The notes under the pieces are model-generated. The model was not told the DNA's origin and did not search any database. It saw only the letters and a program-made list of their open reading frames with translations. Positions 12,214 to 23,479 of a DNA stretch of 64,000 nucleotides are shown piece after piece. The first letter of the stretch is position 1, and each line of letters starts with the position of its first letter. The stretch lies in the NCBI RefSeq assembly GCF_031769215.1, contig NW_026782484.1, forward strand, positions 1,922,001 to 1,986,000, written 5' to 3'. The translations under genes were made by a program, and so were the position numbers. Origin of the DNA: Ylistrum balloti (Eukaryota).

Positions 12214-13499
12214 CTTGCAGGCCGGTTTGAGACTCGAACAGATTTTCAATATATTTATATGGTCTGATGTCTGGAACGTGAGATGGTCCGATTACTCAGG
12301 TCAGCATGATCGGTTCTTATTTGCTTATAAATGTGGCGCGATGTTTCGCCCTAGTTAAGGTAATCCCCTAGCTAACCTTATCGGTGATGGTGTATTTCTA
12401 TCACACCGAACTGTTGACGGGTGCCAACCGGATATTGTTTATGTAAACACAGCTCTAGAATGATTGCGATAAAGAGATCGAAAATCTTATGTTCCCCTTA
12501 AGAACTTGAACTCGTATATCACCTGTCTTGTCATCTCGTCAATTTTGCAGAATACCCTCTATTATAACATTGACGACTGTGGATTTTGAGCTTAAATTCT
12601 TTCTGAGGCATTTCAGTCGTAATGCTGTAATTGTGACCTTGAGGTATACCTACGGTGTATATGATACTGTGTGAATCAAATACATATAGCTAATTCTTAG
12701 ATATATCAAGACGATCAGATAGTAACGAGATTGATGAATCTACGTCCCGACCACCGCACTAGTATAACAAGATGGATTAAAATAGTTAAAAAGACTTTTT
12801 TCATTAAAATATTCATAGAACCTGTCACAACTTCAATTTTCAAACAAAAGATTAAAAACACAAGCTTTACAGTTTACAAAAACAAGGACATATTCTTATG
12901 ATATATCAATATACTTATCAACTAAAATATTTGAAATACCAACTAGTGCATATGTTATGAATCATGATCAACCTCATTGTATATTTATATATATATCTCT
13001 GAAGTAGAAATATGGTCATGCGTAGATATAAACATTGTTTTTCTTAGATTACGAAGTCGTCGTTTGACGTTGTCACGACAACGGAAAGTATACCTTAAAA
13101 ATTATGATCGAATGTGTGTATCATTTCTCTCGACTTACATTTATTTGTACATATTCCATATCAGTGACGTTTCATAAATAAATTAGTTCAACTATAATTA
13201 CTGGTTTGTGAATTCTTTATTAGAACACCATACTCGAAAAAAGAAGCTGTAATTTCCCTTATGCAATATGGAATGTCATTTCTTTGTGTTGTATGGAATG
13301 GCTTTGCCGCCTGCTTCAAATTTATTCAACCATTTTTTTTATTTAATGAGATTGCTTTCCATAACAATCAACATAAGGTTACGTAACTTTTAATAAGTTT
13401 ACTGTGTTTGAATTCAACAGTCATTTTTGGCACTTCAGAATGATATCCTAGTTTTGTTTTGTGAATGTTATTATTTTTTAGTTACCTATACATAAAACA

Positions 13500-13795
13500 A
13501 CGATCGGGGTGAAACTATTCCACCAGATCAATGCCCCTGTTCACAAGTCTATCATCAACGATTGTGGCTCTGAATTGATTGAGTATCCGCCTTATTCGCA
13601 TTTTCTCGCTTCATCAGATTTTCAGCTATTTCCAAATTGAAAAAAGGTAATTTCCGGTACCCTCTTTCGGCCATACATGCAGCGGAAGATTTTCTGGACG
13701 GTCAAAAAGAAAACTTCTTTAAAAGAGGCATGGAGATACTTTAACATCGCTGACAAAAATGTATAGATACTGAAGTAGATTATGTTGAAAAATTA
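13500..13795 (+). mobile_element. Mariner transposase C-terminal relic
   Basis: YPPYSHFLASSDFQLFP...FFKRGMEIL*HR*QKCIDTEVDYVEK matches mariner HPPYSPDLAPSD...RWxKC...YVEK, with stops. Confidence 0.8.
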
Positions 13796-14199
13796 TACAA
13801 TATGTCAATATATATATAAGTAAAGCTCACAGCTTATCAATCAGCTTTCGTAGGTATGAGGGCCAATATCGTCTGTTAAAGAACAGTCTGAAGAAGAATT
13901 TACATACTGGTCAGCATTCCTTAAATCACTGACGTGATAGCCGCCATATCAGATGACGACGTCGGTGTAGAAATATGCACGGTTCTCGATATGCTGCAGT
14001 CATGGACAACTGTCTCGCCCTCCATTCCGACTGCGCCAACAAGTCACAAGACTGTCACATAGGTGTAGGTGCCGCTTTCCACCGTTTAATTGCTGTTTCT
14101 AAATAGAGTCCTTTCATGTCGAGTTTCCTCAGAGACATACTAAATGTCGAACCTCTCATGTCAAGTTCGATGAGAATCTATTTAAGTAGCATAGAGCGC

Positions 14200-14400
14200 T
14201 GACAATGATTTTCTAAAAAAAGTTAGTGACCTTGACCTTAAACTAACAACCTTAAAACTTTTTCATTTCTAAATGTTTTAAAATTGTGTGAGTATAGATA
14301 AAAAAAATCCTCAATTTGTGAAGCTGGTAGAGCGATGATTATGGGACGGACGGACTGACGGACGGACGGACGGACTGCAAAATAAACTATTTCACTCTTG
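14200..14400 (-). mobile_element. Pearl/HINE-like element fragment
   Basis: (GACG)n tract plus tgaccttgacctt motif. Confidence 0.4.
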
Positions 14401-15165
14401 CTTTAATCTAGTATATCGATCACCTTTGTATATTAAACACTACGCAGAAAAATAGCGATATTTTGCTATTTCATCATTAAAGTTCATTTCGTCATCGCAG
14501 TATCACATTTGACATCACCATTATCACACAATGGGTAATTGTCACATTTTGTGTACTTGTGAGACAGCATGACATAATCTTAATTGTAATGAATTTTTGG
14601 TTTTTGTAACGTCCCTTGAGCAACCGGGGTAATTTTGAGGCGCAGTCTCCATGTAGTAACTGGTGGTTGCCTCACATAACAACAAGTTAGAGACCGCCAC
14701 ATGCTATACAAAGCATATACGAAATTCTCGTCTTAAAAACAATTTCGTAATGGGAACTGATATTGATATATGCAAACTTGTAAGCTTTCTACATATTAAG
14801 ATTCCATGTTAAGGTTTCACATCAAAAACTGGCCTACAATATCAATGTGTGAAAAACAATCAACGACTGAGAGAGATGAACATGGCGACATAGATGGAAA
14901 CTGAAAACAGAATAAAAATGTGCGACCACAAGAGAGGAACTTGATATGCAAGTTACGACCGAGTTAGGAACTGTAAAACTACAAGATAAATATCTTTACA
15001 ACGCAAACGAGAGAGGAACATTACACGACTGCAAGGAAAGGCAAATGATAACAATGAATGCCAAGTAATAAAGATACAAACGAAAGTAAGATGAGAAACT
15101 AGCGACGGGAAAGATAAGTATAAACACGAGAGATACAATGATCATATCACAACTAAGAGAGAAAA

Positions 15166-16135
15166 ACATCTATGTGAGAGGAACTAGATGACAACATCTA
15201 TGTGAGAGGAACTAGATGGCAACATCTATGTGAGAGGAACTAGATGACAACATCTATGTGAGAGGAACTAGATGGCAACATCTATGGTAGAGGAACTAGA
15301 TGACAACATCTATGTGAGAGGAACTAGATGACAACATCTATGTGAGAGGAACTAGATGACAACATCTATGTGAGAGGAACTAGATGGCAACATCTATGGT
15401 AGAGGAACTAGATGACAACATCTATGTGAGAGGAACTAGATGGCAACATCTATGGTAGAGGAACTAGATGACAACATCTATGTGAGAGGAACTAGATGAC
15501 AACATCTATGTGAGAGGAACTAGATGACAACATCTATGTGAGAGGAACTAGGTGACAGCATCTATGTGAGAGGAACTAGATGACAACATCTATGGAAGAG
15601 GAACTAGGTGACAACATCTATGTGAGAGGAACTAGATGGCAACATCTATGTGAGAGGAACTAGATGACAACATCTATGTGAGAGGAACTAGATGGCAACA
15701 TCTATGGTAGAGGAACTAGATGACAACATCTATGTGAGAGGAACTAGATGACAACATCTATGTGAGAGGAACTAGATGACAACATATATGTGAGAGGAAC
15801 TAGGTGACAACATCTATGGTAGAGGAACTAGATGGCAACATCTATGGTAGAGGAACTAGGTGACAACATATATGTGAGAGGAACTAGGTGACAACATCTA
15901 TGTGAGAGGAACTAGATGACAACATCTATTTGAGAGGAACTAAATGACAACATCTATGTGAGAGGAACTAGATGACAACATCTATGTGAGAGGAACTAGA
16001 TGGCAACATCTATGGTAGAGGAACTAGGTGACAACATATATTTGAGAGGAACTTTATGACAACATCTATGGTAGAGGAACCAGATGACATATATTTGAGA
16101 GGATCTTCATGGCAACATCCATGAGAGAGGAACTT
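15166..16135. repeat. 28-bp minisatellite (~33 units) downstream of gene A stop
   Basis: Unit acaacatctatgtgagaggaactagatg. Confidence 0.95.
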
Positions 16136-16413
16136 GGTGTTAACATCTAGGAGAAAGAAACATGGCAATGGCAAGAGTAAGAGAGAAATATCCCAATATG
16201 AAAAAAAAACCCAATGAGAATAATATTACAATATTAAGCTAATAAAGATAATGATCATAACATGACTACAACGACAAAAGATTGGAATATCGTATCGTTG
16301 CAACATATACGAGATGGAAATATACCATCAACAGAACGAAAGAAAAAAAGACATTTCCCATGCTCATGAAGTGGACTGAGGTTCTGTTTTTCGTGATGTC
16401 TAACAGACAAAAG

Positions 16414-17228
16414 TCATGCTCTTGACGGTGTATCTTTACCCACATTACATCTGTACCTAAACAAGCTGATAGCATCTCCGAGCACAATAACAACCACCAC
16501 ACTTATCAGGACCCCGGCGCCTAGTGATGCTCCCACAGTCGTGGCGCTCACGCGTTTATCGGGCGCACTGGTCAGTGATCGTATGTAAGAAGATGTTACT
16601 TTCTTATCTATAGTAAGTTCTTTCTTGAGTTCGTTTAGTTTTTCTTCTATCGTTTTATTGGAAGTTGGCACTTGTACACATCGACAATGGCACTGAGATA
16701 TGGGTCCAACGCTTGTGGTATCTGTAGTTGTTGTCGTTTCTGAAGTTGTAGCGGTTTCCGGAGTTGTATTGGTTGTCGGTGTTGTAATAGTTGTCGGTGT
16801 TGTAGTAGTTGTCGGTGTTGTCGGAGTTGTCTGAGTTGTAGTGGTGGTTTGAGTTGTTGGTGTTGTCTGAGTTGTAGTGGTGGTTGGAGTTGTTGGTGTT
16901 GTCTGAGTTGTAGTGGTGATTGGAGTTGTAATGGTTGTTGGAGTTGTAGTGGTGGTTGGAGTTGTAGTAGTTGATGGAGTCGTAGTAGTTGTTGGTGTCG
17001 TAGTGGTTGTTGGAGTCGTAGTGGTTGTTGGAGTTGTAGTGGTTGTTGGAGTTGTAGTAGTTGTTGGAGTTGTAGTAGTTGTTGGAGTCGTAGTGGCTGT
17101 TGGTGTTGTAGTAGTTGTTGGTGTTGTAGTGGTTGTTTGAGTTGTTGTTGGTGGTGTTGTAGTCAATAAAGAGCAAACTGCTGCATCCGTACTTGAACTG
17201 GGGATGGACCCGGTTACTACTCCGGGTT
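16414..17228 (-). CDS. Gene A last exon: Thr/Pro mucin stalk, CxCxC + juxtamembrane motif, TM helix, short tail. Gene A = complement(join(16414..17228,17787..18098,19481..19719,21296..21485,22241..22286,22509..22511)), 534 aa
   Basis: ttttatttcag acceptor; (TTTTTP)n; CHCRC...ELTIDKKVTSSYIRSLTSAPDKRVSA; hydrophobic LGAGVLISVVVVIVLG; phases of all six exons sum to 1605 nt. Confidence 0.88.
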
Positions 17229-17786
17229 CTGAAATAAAACCAATCACAACAGTATTACATTAGGCAGAATTATAAATACATATACTTGATATATCAGATG
17301 TTTTATTTTAGGATATCAAGAACTAAGGTTCATACTGTTAACATTTGCTTTACATTTCTACACAACAGGATTTGGTGTAACGGTGAAAGAGAAAAAATCT
17401 TTCGGAATGAAATCGGCACGGATGAAAATTTCTGCATTCACCCCAAGTGCCCTGGATATATCGCCACATAAAGTCATCACGTCACAACATATACACAAGT
17501 AACAGAAACGTCAACGTCACAATAATTGCATGATAGATCACTCGCTGAAGAACGCAGAATTCTCCTCGTTTTTTAAAGTTCTACTTAACAGTAAACCAGC
17601 ATTTCTGTGGACTTTCTTTCACTTTTATCAGCGGAATATCATTTTGACATATAAGCTTAGCACTTTTCAGGCATTTCCTGACTTATATTTTCTCAAATGT
17701 ATAGTTCAATTTTCAGTGCGACGATACTCACCATAACACGATTCAAATGACGTGCTTCAAGTGTAAACCTAAAGAATAAATCTCAC

Positions 17787-18098
17787 CGTCATAACATCTT
17801 TTCCAGCTGACGAAAGAATCCAGACCGTGGTCGGTGATGTGATTTTCGTTGCAAGAAACCTGGTATTCGGATGTGTCAGCATCGAATCGGAATGGCTCTT
17901 CATGGATAGACGGAGCACATTTCTGGCTACTGTTAATGTAGGTGACAGCCCAGCACTCGCCATTTCTTTTACTCCTCGCCATTATTTCACTACAGTACTT
18001 CTCGCACGCGCTTCTATTTGGTGTAGTAATAATCCAAGAATCGTCAACCCCTTTTGTACAGGCACCCTCAGTGCTATCTCGTTCGTAAGTACAAGGAC
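17787..18098 (-). CDS. Gene A PAN/apple-like domain exon
   Basis: 312 nt phase 1-1; GPCTYERD..C..ACEKYC..ECWAVTY..C..C..SWKRCYD; donor G|GTGAGA; paralogous to 52856-53170 and 59149-59460. Confidence 0.88.
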
Positions 18099-19480
18099 CT
18101 GTCTCAGAAATGTAAAGATGCCATCTAGAAGTCGCTTGGTTATATTGTATTGATACATAACGATAGAACATCTGTTGATGAAATAGCCAACGGAAGTACA
18201 ACACAAAATGATGAAGAATGTCAAAATAAGCGATTATACTGTAGCTTAGCACTATACATCTCAAGAAAATTGATGTCATTGTATAATCTCTGCAAACATT
18301 TGTGGAGATATTGATATTAAAATAGAATTTTAAGGGTTTACATGCAACAAATAATTTCTAAAAATACATGAACATTTACTTTATACGAACCATGTCGTTT
18401 AACCAGCCACGTGGTTCCAGATAACATCTCGACCTTTAACACGAACAGGTCTCCACATTGTCACATAAAACAAGTTCATGGTAATGCATGTTAAATGTCA
18501 GAGATTATATAGCAACAATATTCGCTTGTGTGTCTTTTGTGAAATCGTTGTAACTTTGACCATGTTGTATTTCATCAATGAAATAATATTTTCTATTGTT
18601 TTTGATGATCAAAATGCGCTGCTGATATTCGCTGCTTTCCTATGCACTTTCGACACACAAACTACAATTTGATGAAGTCCCTTAGTACTGCTTCATGATT
18701 ATACTTTTGTGAAATGATTGATGAGATACAAGGCAATACTGAACAAATTATATAAAATTTCGAATGTATAATACAAGGAGACACATGCATGACACGTGGC
18801 AACATACGTTTTGAAAAGATTGCTATTGTATTTGCCATTCCTGAAAATCCTCATGTAGCATTTCAGCTTGATTGGACAATATGTGAACTTTGACCTATCA
18901 AATGCCATGATTATGGTTCCACAGTAATGGTGATGGAAACACCTAATTTGTCAGATTATAGGCTTCCTATCTTAACTCAAGGACTGGTGAGCTATACGCT
19001 ATTACACATGTGTTGAGTTACTGGGATACTTTACCGACCAAATTTTCAGCAAAGCAACGTGTATGCACATTAACAATGTGTGCTTAATATTCATGTAAAG
19101 TTTCATTTAAATTAGTTTAAGAGATGTTGCTCAATCGAATCTGCTCTTGGTAATCAAAGCAACCAATTGACAACCAATGTTTTGGAAAATAGTACCATTT
19201 CACAAAATCCTTATCTGCACACAGAATCCTCCATCATAGATTTATAGTAGTGGTTCTGGAAACACAAAATATTTCAACTAAGAGATCTCCATACTTTGAC
19301 CACTTCATCAAGTTTGAATGAAGTTGATCTAAGAGCAGAGTGCCTAGTGACTAGACAAGCTGTCGTTGCGGGGGTATATTTTCCTGATCGTGTTATGCTG
19401 TTATTGATAAAGATAGACATTTGATTACAAAACTGTGTTTCTATCGTTGTATTTTATCAAGAAGGAAAACATCTTCTTAC

Positions 19481-19719
19481 CAATGTCCTCTTGGCAGACC
19501 GCCTTAAAGCCGTTTAGCATGCAATCGACCAACTCCCATTTCATATCACCTTTTTGCGCTCTGCCACAAAGTTCAGTTCCATCAAGACTACCAGAAGCAG
19601 GAATACCGTCCTTGAATCGTTCGAACGAGGTTACATCGACCGTTTCACAACTGCCATCCCATATAAATGATGGTGTGAGGTAATTCATTACGTACATACC
19701 GAACCAGTAGTCAACATCC
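19481..19719 (-). CDS. Gene A C-type-lectin-like domain, second exon (most distal acceptor shown; 22 further upstream acceptors exist)
   Basis: tttttgtag|(W)DVDYWFGMYV...FIWDGSC...LCG...WELVDC...AVCQEDIG|gtaaga; 239 nt phase 2-1. Confidence 0.85.
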
Positions 19720-20545
19720 CTACAAAAATGCATACGGAACCAGTAGTCAACATCCCTACAAAAATACATACCAAACAAGTAGTCAACATCCCTACAAAAA
19801 TACATACCAAACCAGTAGTCAACATCCCTACAAAAATACATACCAAACAAGTAGTCAACGTCCCTACAAAAATACATACCAAACCAGTAGTCAACATCCC
19901 TACAAAAATACATACCAAACAAGTAGTCAACGTCCCTACAAAAATACATACAGAACCAGTAGTCAACATCCCTACAAAAATACATACCAAACCAGTAGTC
20001 AACATTCCTACAAAAATACATACCAAACAAGTAGTCAACGTCCCTACAAAAATACATACCAAACAAGTAGTCAACGTCCCTACAAAAATACACATCGAAC
20101 CAATAGTCAACGTCCCTACAAAAATACATACCAAACCAGTAGTCAACATCCCTACAAAAATACATACCAAACCAGAAGTCAACATCCCTACAAAAATACA
20201 TACCAAACAAGTAGTCAACATCCCTACAAAAATACATATCGAACCAGTAGTCAACATCCCTACAAAAATACATACAGAACCAGTAGTCAACGTCCCTACA
20301 AAAATACATACAGAACCAGTAGTCAACGTCCCTACAAAAATACATACAGAACCAGTAGTCAACATCCCTACAAAAATACACATCGAACCAGTAATCAACA
20401 TCCCTACAAAAATACATACAGAACCAGTAGTCAACATCCCTACAAAAATACATACAGAACCAGTAGTCAATGTCACTACAAAAATACACATCGAACCAGT
20501 AGTCAACATCCCTACAAAAATACATACAGAACTAGTAGTAAGCGT
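19693..20545 (-). repeat. 36-bp minisatellite (23 units) built from the intron/exon junction of the gene A lectin exon
   Basis: Minus-strand unit atttttgtag|GGATGTTGACTACTGGTTCGGTATGT; stop-free, in frame with the exon (DVDYWFGMYFCR). Confidence 0.95.
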
Positions 20546-20814
20546 CCTTATATAAATACATCAAACCGAACCAGACCAGTAGTCAAACGTTCCTACAAAG
20601 ATACATACCGACTGACTTACGTAAGAGAAATCAAAAGTTTTCATTCAAGTACATTTATGTTATCATCATGTATAAAGAAAAACACGTTTGTTTATAACCT
20701 ATCAATATTAGACAGTGGCTAGAAATCAACAATAAAAATGATCAGTTTGTGGTGAAAATAAATTTCAGCATCATTTCTCCATCCTGTATTAGAAAGACAA
20801 CTTATCATCAATGA

Positions 20815-21106
20815 TCATACTTCTCCTACCTAACTACAGAGTTGAGTGTATACTTCTCCTCTTACCCATCTACAGAGTTGAGTGTATACTTCTCCTCTTA
20901 CCCATCTACAGAGTGGAGTGTATACTTCTCCCCTTACCTATCTACAGAGTGGAGTGTATACTTCTCCTCTTACCCACCTACAGAGTGGAGTGTATACTTC
21001 TCCCCTTGCCTATCTACAGAGTGGAGTGTATACTTCTCCCCTTACCTATCTACTGAGTTGAGTGTGTACTTCTCCCCTTACCTATCTACAGAGTTGAGTG
21101 TATACT
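20815..21106. repeat. 36-bp minisatellite (~8 units) in gene A lectin-domain intron
   Basis: Unit gtatacttctcctcttacccatctacagagtggagt. Confidence 0.95.
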
Positions 21107-21295
21107 GACATACAATTTAAATATCGAGGATGTCAATGACGATTCTTTTAATAAAAATATACATTGCAAACATATTTATTTCGGGTGTTCAGTAGTCTTT
21201 AAATAAAGTATAAATCAGAACTAAGACTTTTGACTTATTGATGTCGTTAGAGAAAACAATATGAACTATTAAATGAGAAACTAAAACGGATATAC

Positions 21296-21485
21296 CAATT
21301 ATGTGTTTTCCAATAATTGTCGCTATCTTTGTACAATTTGACCATTTTCTGATTGGCTTCCGACTTGTCGTCCAATAGTCTTGTGTGATTGATATAGCAG
21401 TACGAGGATGCGTCATACCATGATGAATACACTGACACGAAAATCAACTTCCGCCTCAGAGTCGTGGGTGGATAGGAATTTCCAA
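21296..21485 (-). CDS. Gene A C-type-lectin-like domain, first exon
   Basis: ttttctag|..GNSYPPTTLRRKLIFVSVYSSWYDASSYC..RLL..HNW|gtatat; W-x-x-A-x-x-x-C helix motif; 190 nt phase 1-2. Confidence 0.85.
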
Positions 21486-22240
21486 CTAGAAAATACAAGA
21501 ATGTTGTAAACTCGTGAATATTTCTATATTCAACCAATATTTCATCAACTTTTGTTGCTATAGTAATAAACACTGACAAGACAGTAATGATAACATGATT
21601 ATCATTATTTTCACCAATTGAAAACTCCTATATGTTTAAGAATAATCTCTTTAATACACGATTTTATATGAATTCTCAAGTGATATTTATAAAAACGCTC
21701 TCACATTACTAATTTGCTTTGATAATTCCCAAATAAATTATGGTTTAAACAAACTTTGCAAGTTTCTAGGATTGTCTTTAAATTTTGCTTTTAATAGTAA
21801 AATTTCAATGGTCAATGTGTTATCTCATCTAAAAACAAAATCATAGCCATTGTTTTCACCAACATAAAAACAAATTGCGGATTTCAACTATATTTTCTAG
21901 TGTCATTTAACCGTTGTAGAATAATTAGCAATAAACAATACCATATATGAATACGTATCTTAAGTTATGTAGCTGCACATACATTTATGGATATGAAGTA
22001 TTTTTTTCATGAAAAGTGATATCAACTGTGGAACCGCTCCGATTTTGTCATCCGTCCTTACTCATTATTGCTGTTCTGCGAGTTTTTTTTTTGTTTTTGT
22101 TTTTGTTTTTTTTCAAAATGTACATTATTGAATGGAAAGCTAAACTTAAAAGTTAAAGGACACAGGAACAATATGTTTTGAATGAAATCAGTAATAATAC
22201 ACCAACATGAACTTATTGAAAGCATCAAACGAGTGCTTAC

Positions 22241-22286
22241 CTGATAGATGTATTAACATTAAGCATACGAAGATTATCCCGACTTC
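22241..22286 (-). CDS. Gene A signal-peptide exon (46 nt)
   Basis: gttgtttcag|EVGIIFVCLMLIHLS|gtaagc; same length and phase as module C exon 62625-62670. Confidence 0.7.
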
Positions 22287-22508
22287 CTGAAACAACAATT
22301 TGGAAACTCAAGGAACAACATATATCATAATAATGTCTAATACATATTCCTCCTTTCCCCGTCTCTTTTGCAATCCTAAGATTTAAATATATCAAAAGCA
22401 TGTTGTTTTAATAGACCAGCGATAACACAGAGTGAAAAGTTCAGATGACACTTGGACAACCGAATTTTCACTCGTGGTCAACTCCTGTGGTCAGACGGAC
22501 AAACTTAC

Positions 22509-22511
22509 CAT
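22509..22511 (-). CDS. Gene A probable start codon at end of exon 1 (ATG|gtaagt)
   Basis: Nearest upstream ATG abutting a consensus donor; the downstream phase-0 exon has no suitable Met at its start. Confidence 0.5.
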
Positions 22512-23479
22512 AAGTGGATTAACAGAACAGTCGAAGGTGTTTGTGATGAACTTCCCGATGCTGTTGTATTGTTAACCTTCTTGTTAAAAATATGCTTTTA
22601 AGGTAATCTTTCATTTTCCAATGACTACATCAGTTTGGCTTTGAAATTATTTTACGGTGCAATCCACTGTATCGCTGAGTATAAATGCTCAGATGTTGCT
22701 GATACCTAAGCGTGCGTCAATTGTCGGTAAGTCATCAATGAGTCAACATATTAATATACATTTCAATGTCTGGACTTTCAAACTTGTGTGACATTTTGTA
22801 GCATAATTATTCTATATGTTATTCGAAAAAGGACCGGCATATCCATGTAGAAAGCTTAGCGAGATAGCAACAACGCTCTATCGGGACAAGTACAGAAGCA
22901 CTCATGTTTAATGTACAAAAATAATATCGATTATAACACAATCCTAGCCCGAGAGAGCCATTATTCACCGCCGTTATCGGGAATGATTCATTTCAGCGGG
23001 TTTAATAGTATAAATTAAAGCAGGAAATGTCCTTTCACCACTGCGAAAATCAAAGGTGAATTTTGATGATATACTATCAAGTAACTACGTCGGGCTGTTT
23101 TCAATTCAATTACAATAAAAAAAATTCATCTTGATTGAGAAATATAACTTTTCCGTATAAGTTAATTTCGCAAACAGAAAAAAATATTTATATCCCCAAA
23201 TGATGTCATGTAGAGTCTGAAGTTAGAAAATCACACTTTATAATCTACAGAATACTTACAACAGAACAGAAAGGAATGAGTATTGGTCACAGAACGTAGA
23301 CGACTAACGAACAACAGCTCTGCATAAGTTTTAGCACATTCAACATTTATGGAGCAAATTAAGTTTCAACTTTTGTTAACCAACCTAATGAAGCAGTCAA
23401 CTTGCTTTCTACGTACTTAATTTTCATCTAAAAAGTCTGAAATTTGTGGAAAACCTGTTATTGAAAATTTATTTGACAT

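Noticed and set aside
16655-17176. Tyr/Asn/His-rich 173-aa ORF and antisense Val/Gly ORF
   Set aside because: Alternative frames of the Thr-rich stalk; only the Thr frame joins the splice acceptor and TM segment
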